NCBI GenBank assembly: GCA_043819795.1
Contig: JBDREN010000037.1
Span: 1-50,802 of the forward strand
Reading direction: 5' to 3'
DNA: 50,802 nucleotides
DNA from: Elusimicrobiota bacterium
Lineage (GTDB): Bacteria; Elusimicrobiota; Elusimicrobia; UBA1565
A program made the position numbers and the translations under genes. This document shows, one piece after another, positions 31,709-40,292 of this stretch. The notes under the pieces were generated by a model, which saw only the letters and a program-made list of their open reading frames with translations, ran no database searches and was not told the origin of the DNA. Position 1 is the stretch's first letter; each line of letters starts with the position of its first letter.

Positions 31709-32398
31709 TCAGTCGCCGATCTGGTAGCCGCCGGGCACGGTGAGGATGATGCTCTCGCCGTCGGGGCCCAGGTCGTTGCGAAGCCGCTGGACGAGCTTCT
31801 CGATGTTGTTGACGCTCTCCGCTCCCGTCGCGTGCATGAGCTCTCGTTTGGAGATGCACCCATACTTGGAGAGCATCACGCAGAGCAGGTCGTAGCGGGA
31901 GGCAGCGATCTTCCCGATGGAGCGCCCTTTCACGACCACCTTCTGCGCCTTGAGGTCGACGCGTATCGGTCCTCGGCGGATGAACCCTTTCTCCTGCATG
32001 CGCCGGTGGTCGCCCGCGTGGACCGTGAGCGCGGAGGCCACGGCGTCGCACAGCTCCCGGGCGGCGATGGGCTTCCCGATGAAGGACACCACCCCCAGGG
32101 CCAGGAGCACGCTCTTGAGGACTTGCGCCTTGTCCTCCAGTCCCGTCAAGACTATGACGGGGATCCATTTGGCCTTCTGCTGCGACTGGATGAGCCGGAG
32201 CACCTCGACCCCGTTGAGGTCCGGCAGCACCATGTCCAGGAGGATGAGGTCGGGGAGCAAGGTCTGGGCCTTCTGAGAGCCGTCCCTGCCCGTCATGGCG
32301 GAGAACACCTGGAAGCCTTCCGCGTTCAGGCTGAAGCGGATCAGCTTCTGCATCTCCTCGTCGTCGTCGATGACGAGAATCCTGTTCCGGTCGGTCAT
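31709..32398 (-). CDS. response regulator (REC + OmpR-like wHTH), paralog 6, 229 aa
   Basis: Same motifs as paralog 1. Confidence 0.92.
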   Translation of the reverse strand: MTDRNRILVIDDDEEMQKLIRFSLNAEGFQVFSAMTGRDGSQKAQTLLPDLILLDMVLPDLNGVEVLRLIQSQQKAKWIPVIVLTGLEDKAQVLKSVLLALGVVSFIGKPIAARELCDAVASALTVHAGDHRRMQEKGFIRRGPIRVDLKAQKVVVKGRSIGKIAASRYDLLCVMLSKYGCISKRELMHATGAESVNNIEKLVQRLRNDLGPDGESIILTVPGGYQIGD

Positions 32399-32440
32399 GA
32401 ATGTGGTCCTGAAGCCGCCGAAAGGACGGCGTACTAAGAA

Positions 32441-32469
32441 AAGCTAACATAACGTTGTTAAATTTTCAA
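32441..32469 (-). promoter_or_regulatory. putative sigma70 promoter of paralog 6
   Basis: TTGAAA-17-TAGCTT in the AT-rich divergent intergenic region. Confidence 0.5.
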
Positions 32470-32525
32470 TACAAATCTTGGCGGGACGCCGGGACTAAGA
32501 CTGGCGTATCGCCGATGGGTATGCT

Positions 32526-32981
32526 ATGCTGAAATCCGCCATGCCCGAAAACCTGGAGTTCGACGACCAGATAGCCGGCTTGCTCAAGCGGACGCTGAAG
32601 CTCGAGAAGTTCTTCCCGGCGATGAAGCCCGCGGACGCGGCGATGCTGTTCCCCATGAGCGGCCTCTACCGCTACGCGAAGGACGAGTACGTCATCAGGC
32701 AGGGCGAGACCTCGAAGGACCTCTTCATCGTCGAGTCCGGCACCGTCGCGATCACGCAGACGATGGGCACGGCCGGCGCCCAACTGGCGGCGCTCGGGCC
32801 GGGCGAGATCTTCGGCGAGATCGCCCTGGTCCGCGACGGCGTCCGCGTGGCCAGCGCGGTGGCCGCCGAGGAGTGCCGGATCTTCCGCGTGGCCTATCCG
32901 GACATCCAGTCCCTCCGCTCCGGCAACCCGGAGCTGGCCGAGCACTTGGCCCGGCTCGCCCAGCGCCGCTCCGAGGGATAG
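32526..32981 (+). CDS. stand-alone cyclic-nucleotide-binding domain protein
   Basis: VIRQGE..LFIVESG..LGPGEIFGEIALV..RVASAVA. Confidence 0.88.
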   Translation: MLKSAMPENLEFDDQIAGLLKRTLKLEKFFPAMKPADAAMLFPMSGLYRYAKDEYVIRQGETSKDLFIVESGTVAITQTMGTAGAQLAALGPGEIFGEIALVRDGVRVASAVAAEECRIFRVAYPDIQSLRSGNPELAEHLARLAQRRSEG

Positions 32982-33084
32982 CCGGCGCGACCGGGAGGCG
33001 TCCAGCCGGACGGCCCGCCGGTTGAATCCCCCCCGTCCGCATCTGTAGAATAGGGCTTTCACCTTCATCGCAGCGAGGATACCC

Positions 33085-33942
33085 ATGGATATCAAGAACG
33101 TGTCGGTCGTCGGCGGCGGGCAGATGGGCAACGGCATCGCCCACGTCTTCGCGCTGGCCGGCTTCGAGGTGCTGCTGGTCGATGTGAACGAGGCCGCGGT
33201 CGAGAAGGCCGTCGCGGCCATCCGCAAGAACATGGAGCGGCAGGTCAAAAAGGGAGTGGTCTCCTCCGAGGACCGGGACAAGGCCCTCGGCCGCATCAGG
33301 ACCTCGCTCAAGCCCGAGGACGCCTCCGGGTGCCAGCTCGTGGTCGAGGCCGTGCCCGAGCGGCCCGACCTCAAGGCGGACATCTTCCGCCGGCTCGACG
33401 CGGCCTGCCCGCCCGCGACGATCTTGGCGACGAACACCTCGTCGTTGTCGATCGCGCGGCTCGCCGCCGCCACCGGCCGGGCTCCCAAGGTGATCGGGAT
33501 GCACTTCATGAACCCGGTGCCGGTCATGAAGCTCGTCGAGATCATTCGCGGCGTGGACACCTCCGACGAGACCTATGAGACGGTCCGCGCCTTGACGGAA
33601 AAACTCGGCAAGACGCCCGTCTGCTCCCAAGACTATCCGGGCTTTATCTCCAACCGCGTGCTCATGCCCATGATCAACGAGGCCTGCTTCGCGCTCATGG
33701 AGGGAGTGGCTTCCGCCGAGGACATCGACACGGTCATGAGGCTCGGCATGAACCACCCGATGGGCCCCCTGCAGCTGGCCGACTTCATCGGGCTGGACAC
33801 CTGCCTCTTCATCCTGGGCGTCCTGCACGAGGGCTTCGGCGACCCCAAGTACCGGCCGTGTCCGCTCCTGCGCAAGATGGTGGAGGCGGGGCGGCTGGGC
33901 AAGAAGACCGGCAGGGGATTCTACGAATGGGGGAAGAAATAG
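33085..33942 (+). CDS. hbd: 3-hydroxybutyryl-CoA dehydrogenase
   Basis: GGGQMGNGIA, ATNTSS, GMHFMNPVP, PGFISNR and HPMGPLQLADFIGLD motifs. Confidence 0.93.
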   Translation: MDIKNVSVVGGGQMGNGIAHVFALAGFEVLLVDVNEAAVEKAVAAIRKNMERQVKKGVVSSEDRDKALGRIRTSLKPEDASGCQLVVEAVPERPDLKADIFRRLDAACPPATILATNTSSLSIARLAAATGRAPKVIGMHFMNPVPVMKLVEIIRGVDTSDETYETVRALTEKLGKTPVCSQDYPGFISNRVLMPMINEACFALMEGVASAEDIDTVMRLGMNHPMGPLQLADFIGLDTCLFILGVLHEGFGDPKYRPCPLLRKMVEAGRLGKKTGRGFYEWGKK

Positions 33943-35084
33943 TGGACTTCCGACTCACCGAGGACCAGCAGATGGCGCGCGAGACCGCGCGCGAGTTCGC
34001 CGAGAAGCGGCTACGGCCCCTCGCCCAGAAGTTCGACGAGGAGGAGGCCATCGGGCGCGAGCTCTACACCGAGGCCGCCGAGCTCGGCTTTTTCGGGATG
34101 ACCGTGCCGGAGGAATACGGGGGCCTGGGCCTCGACCCAATCGGCACGGCTTGCGTGATGGAGGAGCTCGCGCGCGCGAGCGCCTCGTTCCAGGTCTGCC
34201 TGTCGGTCCACAACTCGCTCGTCTGCGGCGCGATCAAGGGCTTCGGCAGCGAGGCGCAGAAGAAGAAATACCTCCCCAGGCTCGCGAAGGGCGAGATGAT
34301 CGGGGCCTACAGCCTCTCGGAGCAGGGATCGGGCTCGGACGCCGGCAGCCTGCGGGCGTCGGCCGCGCGCGGCGAGGACAGCTATGTCGTCAACGGCAGC
34401 AAAGCCTGGGTCACGAACGCCGGGTTCGCCGACCTTTTCGCGGTGTTTTTGTCCACCGACAAGGAGAAGGGCAGCCGCGGAATCTCCTGCCTGCTTATGG
34501 AGCGGGGCCTGGAGGGCTTCTCCATAGGCAAGAAGGAGCGCAAGATGGGCATCCGCGGTTCGGACACCCGCGAGCTGAGCTTCAGCGACTGCGAGGCTCC
34601 GGCGGAGGCCTTGCTCGGAGTCGAGAACGAGGGGTACAAGATAGCGCTGAGCCTGTTGGACGGCGGGCGGATCGGCATCGCGGCGCAGGCCGTGGGCATC
34701 GCCCAGGCGGCCTTCGACGAGGCCGTCGCCTACGCCAAGCAACGGGAGCAGTTCGGCTCGCCCCTGGCCGATTTCCAGGCCACCCGGTTCAAGCTGGCCG
34801 ACATGGCCCTGGGCGTCGAGGCCGCGCGGCTCCTGACCTGGCGCGCGGCCGCGGCCCTGGGCGGCGGGCGGGCGACGAGGGAGGCCTCGATGGCCAAGCT
34901 CTTCGCGTCGCAGACGGCCAACCGAGTGGCCTACGACGCCGTGCAGATCCACGGCGGCAACGGGTATATCCGGGAGTTCCCGGTCGAGCGCTACTTCCGG
35001 GACGCGCGCGTGACCGAGATATACGAGGGGACCTCCGAAATCCAGCGTCTCGTCATCTCGCGAGAGATCCTGCGCGCGTCTTGA
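33942..35084 (+). CDS. acyl-CoA dehydrogenase (short-chain/butyryl type)
   Basis: SLSEQGSGSD, NGSKAWVTN, KMGIRGS, GGRIGIAAQ and QIHGGNGY..IYEGTSEIQR motifs. Confidence 0.95.
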   Translation: MDFRLTEDQQMARETAREFAEKRLRPLAQKFDEEEAIGRELYTEAAELGFFGMTVPEEYGGLGLDPIGTACVMEELARASASFQVCLSVHNSLVCGAIKGFGSEAQKKKYLPRLAKGEMIGAYSLSEQGSGSDAGSLRASAARGEDSYVVNGSKAWVTNAGFADLFAVFLSTDKEKGSRGISCLLMERGLEGFSIGKKERKMGIRGSDTRELSFSDCEAPAEALLGVENEGYKIALSLLDGGRIGIAAQAVGIAQAAFDEAVAYAKQREQFGSPLADFQATRFKLADMALGVEAARLLTWRAAAALGGGRATREASMAKLFASQTANRVAYDAVQIHGGNGYIREFPVERYFRDARVTEIYEGTSEIQRLVISREILRAS

Positions 35085-35178
35085 TATTCGGGGCGGGCGC
35101 CCCTCGCGGGATGTCCCGCGGCGCGCTTCCTTAAAGAAGCTATCCTCGATGGCGGGCGCGCTTGGCCGGCGCGCCGTG

Positions 35179-36057
35179 TTACTGGGAGTCGTCGTCTAGG
35201 TCCGGTCCGGCGTCCTGCTGCTCCAGCATCTCCCGGAATTGATCGGGGAGACCCTCCCAAGCCAGGCATTCTTCCTTGTTCTCCGGCTTCTTGCAGTGGG
35301 CCATGCACTGAGCCGTATTCCTGCAGTTGCCCGGCGTGTCGTACCGGTTCTTGTCTTCCTTCGGGCCTACCTGGATACTGCCCGCCTGATAGCATTCCTC
35401 GATCGCGCGGCCGATCCTGGGGTCTATGTCGACTTCGCCGCGCAGCAGTCCCTCGAGCGTCTCTCCTCCGACCCGGTCGGAGATGCACTCCTGAACCTCT
35501 ATCGGCGTCTCGCCGATGTTCCCGGCGATGCGTCGGCGCTCGCCTTGGGCGAACCGCCGGCATTCCGCTTCGTGGCCGGGCTGCCGGCAGTATTCCTCGC
35601 ACTCTTTCCCCTGGCAGCCGCCGGGGCCCGTCGGGGCCCACCCCTCCTCCCCCGGGGCCGGCGGCTCCCGGCCCGGAGAGGGCGCTCCGGGGCCGAAGGC
35701 CGGGGGCTTTTTCGGATCATCGAGGGTTCCGACGAACGCCAGGCATTCGTCATAGTGGGCCCGGTCCGAGCAGTAGGTGTCGCACTCCGCCGCGGACTTG
35801 CAGCCCCCGGGCGTGCGGAACGTCCCCAGCGAGCCGCCGCTCCGGCCCGGCCCGGGGGCTTGCGGGTCCGGGGCGGTTTCCCGGCGGGAGGCGTGGTCTT
35901 CCCGCAGAGCGGCGGCGGGCTCCCGGGAGGTCTCCGGCAACAGCACGGCCGCCGGCCGGGCGCCTTCGGACTCACGCTTGTGCGACCACCATATGAACAA
36001 CGCGGCGGCGTCGACGACGACCAGCACGACGGCCACGATGATCAATATCCGCTTCAC
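35179..36057 (-). CDS. membrane-anchored Cys-rich protein with three PGGC..EC..YC..EC repeats
   Basis: N-terminal TM helix; TPGGCKSAAECDTYC, GPGGCQGKECEEYC and TPGNCRNTAQCMAHC. Confidence 0.75.
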   Translation of the reverse strand: MKRILIIVAVVLVVVDAAALFIWWSHKRESEGARPAAVLLPETSREPAAALREDHASRRETAPDPQAPGPGRSGGSLGTFRTPGGCKSAAECDTYCSDRAHYDECLAFVGTLDDPKKPPAFGPGAPSPGREPPAPGEEGWAPTGPGGCQGKECEEYCRQPGHEAECRRFAQGERRRIAGNIGETPIEVQECISDRVGGETLEGLLRGEVDIDPRIGRAIEECYQAGSIQVGPKEDKNRYDTPGNCRNTAQCMAHCKKPENKEECLAWEGLPDQFREMLEQQDAGPDLDDDSQ

Positions 36058-36227
36058 CGCCGATCTCGTCTCCCTTTGATCGGATAGCCCGTGTCCGGGC
36101 ACGAGGGCCTGCTCCCCTGCCCGCCCGGCCCGGGCGTCCACTTAATACCTATTGTGGCCGATTATTTAGGCCGACTCAAGGGTAAATGGTTTTACATGGA
36201 AGCGTTCAATATTATAATGCACTGACT

Positions 36228-38324
36228 ATGCGCCTTCCTCCGCGCCTCGGGCCGGGACTCTTCCTCTATCAGGCCGCCCTCATCGCCGTCCTGGGCCTGG
36301 CGATGTACATGGCTATCCGCCCGCCTCCGTCCCGGCTCCCTGCGGGGCCGTCGGCTCGCGTCCGCGCGCCGCGGCTCGCGCGGCGCGTGGTCGTCGTCCT
36401 CTTCGACGCCCTTCGATCCGACGCCGCTTACGACCCCGCGCTGATGCCGGCGTTCAACCGGCTGGCCGAAGAAGGCGTCTGCGGCCGCTGCGAGGCGTCC
36501 GCGGTGACCACCACGGGCCCGTCGCTGCAGACGATGTTCACCGGCCGGCCCGTGAGGCTCTTGGACTTCGCCCACAACTTCGCCTTCCCGGTCCATCCGC
36601 GCGCGAACTTGGTCCCCATCGCCCGCCGAGCGGGCAGGAAGCTCTACCTGATGGGCCCCGTGATCGGAGAGAGCTTCCGGCGCTACAACGAGGCGCGCGG
36701 CCGGCGCTGGCCGGTGCGCTCGTATCCGGGCGCCAGCGAGGCGGACCGCGCGCTGCTTGCGGAAACGCTCGATGTCCTAGACGGGAGGGATTTCGACCTG
36801 CTGATGGTCCACTTCGACGCGGCCGACCACGCGGCCCATCTTTTTGGACCGTTCTCCGAGGCCTACCGGCGCGAGGTCCGCTTCTACGACGAGGCCCTGG
36901 CGCGCATCGCCGGGCGCATCGACCCCCGGGACACCGTGCTTTTAGCCTTGAGCGACCACGGCGTCGACGACGAGGGCTACCATACCGCGCCCGACCCGGC
37001 AATCACGCGGCCGCCGTTCGTCCTTTGGGGCCGCGGCATCCGCCGTGGCGGCCGCGCCCGGCTCGCCCAGCGGGACCTCTGTCCCACGCTGGCCGCGCTG
37101 CTCGGGGTCCAGACCCCGCCGGGCTCATTGGGCCGCTTCGTTGCCGAGGCTTTCGACACGGATCCCGGGGCGTTGGGCCTCTTGGCTTCGGCCAACGCCC
37201 GCCAGCGCGAGCGTGCGTTCCGGCCCTTACGCGCCGGCCGTGTCCGGGAACAGGCCCTGACGGCCCTCCTGGCCGCCTTGGCCTGCCTGGCCGCGCTGCC
37301 CGCGCTCTGGGCCGCGATCCGGAGGCGGCCATGGGTCCTGCTGCTCTTCGCCGGGGCCGCGGCCCTGCCGTGGGTGGACGCGGCGCTCAACGTCATGGAC
37401 CGCTTCGCCGCCTTGGCCCGCGGCTGGCGCCTGGACGCGACGGCGGCGGACGTCGCCGCCCTGGCCCTCTTTCTCCCCATGGCGTGGATGGGTCTTCGCT
37501 CGGGAGAGCGGTATCCGCGAGGCGTGTGGGCTTGGGCTTGGCTGGGCATGGTCCTGAGCGCCTTCGCCTGCCGGCTTGCGGCCGAGCCGGGCGCGCACGG
37601 ACTTTTCCTCTGCTGCGTCGGAGCCTGTCTGGCCGCGGGTGTGCTGGCCGACAGGCAGGGCCGGCCGCCGACGCTGCCGGAGCGCACCACCGCGTTGGCC
37701 TGCCTCCTGATGTCCTTCTGTCTCTACTACGGCTTTCGCGGCGAGGTCCTCGTCGCCGTCCTCTTCTGCGCCCTCCTGATGCTCCTGCCGCGCGGGATGG
37801 GCGCGGGTCCCGGCCGCGACCCCGCGCTGCTCGTTTTGGGATACTTCGTCCTCCGGTTCTTCGTCTATCTCGCCTTCGGCAACGACCTCAGCTTCCGTCT
37901 CGGCGACGTGCGGAACGATTTCCTGCTGAGCGGGACCGGGACCCTCGCTCTCCCGTGGGTGGTCCTGGCCGTCGGCCTGAGGGTTTTCCTTCCCGACCTG
38001 CTCCTGGTGGGGACGGTCTGCGCGGCCCTGCGGGAGCGCGCGCCGCGGCCATGGGCGGGACCCGGCCGCGCCGTCGGGCCGCATGCGGGGCGCGCGCGGA
38101 TGGGGCACTTCTGCTTCGGGGTCACCGCCGGCTACGTCGTCCTCGTGGCCTCCGCCTTGCTGCGCGCCCAGCTGGAGCGAGCCGGGCCGGTGCTGCATTG
38201 GGCCGAGATCCAGGCCGCGAGCACGTTCTACGGGGCCCTGCTGTTCTTCTTCGCGTCGTGCCTCCTCTGCCACGCCTCCCTGGGGAGCGCGATGTCCCGC
38301 GCCCGGCGCCATTCGCGGGCTTGA
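36228..38324 (+). CDS. alkaline-phosphatase-superfamily membrane protein (PIG-G/N/O-like phosphotransferase architecture)
   Basis: N-terminal TM helix; VLFDALRSD, TTTGP, DHAAH.FGP and LSDHG..H motifs; many C-terminal TM helices; TTTACA-16-TATAAT just upstream. Confidence 0.75.
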   Translation: MRLPPRLGPGLFLYQAALIAVLGLAMYMAIRPPPSRLPAGPSARVRAPRLARRVVVVLFDALRSDAAYDPALMPAFNRLAEEGVCGRCEASAVTTTGPSLQTMFTGRPVRLLDFAHNFAFPVHPRANLVPIARRAGRKLYLMGPVIGESFRRYNEARGRRWPVRSYPGASEADRALLAETLDVLDGRDFDLLMVHFDAADHAAHLFGPFSEAYRREVRFYDEALARIAGRIDPRDTVLLALSDHGVDDEGYHTAPDPAITRPPFVLWGRGIRRGGRARLAQRDLCPTLAALLGVQTPPGSLGRFVAEAFDTDPGALGLLASANARQRERAFRPLRAGRVREQALTALLAALACLAALPALWAAIRRRPWVLLLFAGAAALPWVDAALNVMDRFAALARGWRLDATAADVAALALFLPMAWMGLRSGERYPRGVWAWAWLGMVLSAFACRLAAEPGAHGLFLCCVGACLAAGVLADRQGRPPTLPERTTALACLLMSFCLYYGFRGEVLVAVLFCALLMLLPRGMGAGPGRDPALLVLGYFVLRFFVYLAFGNDLSFRLGDVRNDFLLSGTGTLALPWVVLAVGLRVFLPDLLLVGTVCAALRERAPRPWAGPGRAVGPHAGRARMGHFCFGVTAGYVVLVASALLRAQLERAGPVLHWAEIQAASTFYGALLFFFASCLLCHASLGSAMSRARRHSRA

Positions 38325-38427
38325 CGGCGGACCGGAGTGCCGCTACCCTATCGGCCTAGCATGCCCTTGCCATCCCAATACGACCTGACGCCGGGCTTCC
38401 GTGATCCCCGCTCAGGCCCCATCGCCG

Positions 38428-39756
38428 ATGTCTAGCGCCAAGGTCGCGGTGTTGGGCGGGGGCCTGGCGGGGCTGCAGGTGGGACGGCTGCTCCAAGAGC
38501 GCGGCGTCGATTGCCTCATCCTGGAAGAGAGGGACGTTGTCGGCGGGCTCTGCCGCACCATCCGCAGCGGCAGGTACTGCTGGGACATCGGCCCTCATGC
38601 CTTCTACAGCCGCGATCCGCGGGCCATGGAGTACTACCGCGCCTTGCCCGTCGCCTACGCCGAGCACCGGCGCAACGTGAAGGTCTGCCACCGGGGCCCC
38701 GGGGGCAGGATATTCGAGGTCGGCTATCCCTTTGAGAACGGCCTCGCGGACCTTCCCTTGCGTCACCGGCTCGAGTGCTTGGCGGGTTACTGCCGGGCCT
38801 TCCTCTCCGACACGCGGGAGTACCGCCATCTTCGCCATTGGATAGAGGCGGGTCTCGGGGAGGGAATCGCCCGGCATTTCATGATCCCGTACAACGAGAA
38901 GATCTGGGACTGCCCGCTGGAACGGATCTCGATGGATCTCGTGAACCGGAAGATCGACCCCGAGCCCCCCCTCAGGCTTCTGCGTCACTGCTTCGTCCGC
39001 GGGTCGGTCGGGCGCGGCTACCAGGCGCGGTTCCTCTATCCGAAGAAGGGAGCCGGAGCCTTGACGGATGCCGTAGCCGAGACGGTCAAGGACCGCATCC
39101 GGACCGGGTGGCGCGTCTCCCGTCTGGAGCCCGTGGGGCGGCGGTGGCGGATCGTCCCCGCCCAAGGGGCGCCCGTGGAGGCGGACTCCGTCGTGTCCAC
39201 GATTCCGCTGCCCGAGCTGCTTAAAGCCTTGGGGGACCCGCGGCTTCTCGGGTATCAGGAGTCGTTTCGCGGCAATGACACCTATGTCGTCGCGGTCGGC
39301 CTGAAGGAGGCATGCCGCTTCGGACGCTTCGGAGACTGCCACTGGGTCTTCTTCGCCGGCCCGGAGGTCTTCTACCGCGTCACGCTCATGAACAGCCTGA
39401 GCGATGAGCGCCCCCCGACGCTCGTGGCGGAGATAACCCGCAAGGGCCCGTCTTCGGCGGCAGGCATCGACGGGATCGTCGGCCGGGTCCTCAGGGATCT
39501 GATCGCCTCGGGCATGCTGCCGGGCGAGCATGCCGTTGACCTGGCGCAGGGCCATCTGGAGCGCTACACCTATCCGATCCCGACGCTCGGCCTGGCCCGC
39601 GCCCGGGAGGCCGTCGAGCGGCGGCTGTCCGGACGCGGGATATTCCTCGCCGGGCGCAGCGGCCGCTGGAGCTACATCAATACCGACGGCGTTTTTCTGG
39701 GAGCCGAGGCGTTCGTCCGGGATCGCCTCGGGGAGATCGCGGGGAGCGAAGGCTGA
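38428..39756 (+). CDS. FAD-dependent oxidoreductase (protoporphyrinogen oxidase/UDP-galactopyranose mutase-like)
   Basis: GGGLAG, VGGLCRT..DIGPH, PYNEKIW, FLYPKKG and GRSGRWSY motifs. Confidence 0.82.
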   Translation: MSSAKVAVLGGGLAGLQVGRLLQERGVDCLILEERDVVGGLCRTIRSGRYCWDIGPHAFYSRDPRAMEYYRALPVAYAEHRRNVKVCHRGPGGRIFEVGYPFENGLADLPLRHRLECLAGYCRAFLSDTREYRHLRHWIEAGLGEGIARHFMIPYNEKIWDCPLERISMDLVNRKIDPEPPLRLLRHCFVRGSVGRGYQARFLYPKKGAGALTDAVAETVKDRIRTGWRVSRLEPVGRRWRIVPAQGAPVEADSVVSTIPLPELLKALGDPRLLGYQESFRGNDTYVVAVGLKEACRFGRFGDCHWVFFAGPEVFYRVTLMNSLSDERPPTLVAEITRKGPSSAAGIDGIVGRVLRDLIASGMLPGEHAVDLAQGHLERYTYPIPTLGLARAREAVERRLSGRGIFLAGRSGRWSYINTDGVFLGAEAFVRDRLGEIAGSEG

Positions 39757-39864
39757 CGCCCGCGCCCGCGTGTTTGCGGAGATCGGCGTCCTGTGCCTCG
39801 GCGGCGCTCCGAATAGCCATCATCGCCTCCCGCGGTGCATCCCGGCGCCGGGTCGTCCGGGCTG

Positions 39865-40033
39865 GCAGCCCGTGGCAAAAGTCTTCCGGGGCCTGCAATC
39901 GCCCGGAAGCGGCCCACGCCTGCGTTGCTCCTCGCTCATACCGGGCCCCGGCAGGGGCCCCATGCCGCGCGACCTCAGGAAATGCCTCGGAGCGCTGGCA
40001 TCCCGTCGAGGGATGCTCTCTCGTCGCGCCTTG
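39865..40033 (+). mobile_element. MITE-like element family A, copy 4 (internal insertion, right end lost)
   Basis: Left TIR and core module are present; similarity stops after TCGTCGCGCCTTG. Confidence 0.75.
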
Positions 40034-40292
40034 CCAGCCTCCCAATATTGCTGTGCGGCCCTGGCGGATGGCGGTGGATCCGGTTTATGCTGCGAGAAGG
40101 GGGCGGCCGGACTCGAGGAAGCGGCAGCTTCCTCGAGTCCGAACGCCCTGGGAAGCCCGTGTCGGCGGGCAGTGCCGGGGGAGCGCCAAGGGCCTCGGGG
40201 ATCCAGTTAGCCGCGAATTACGCGCGTGGGAGAAAAGCGTTTTCCTTAGAGCCGTTGATAGACCACAGCGGGATTAGTTAGCATCCGACTAC

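Noticed and set aside
32440..32470. dif site (TTATGTTA on the minus strand)
   Set aside because: There is no XerC arm at the right spacing; better explained as a promoter spacer or operator (TAACA-N6-TGTTA)
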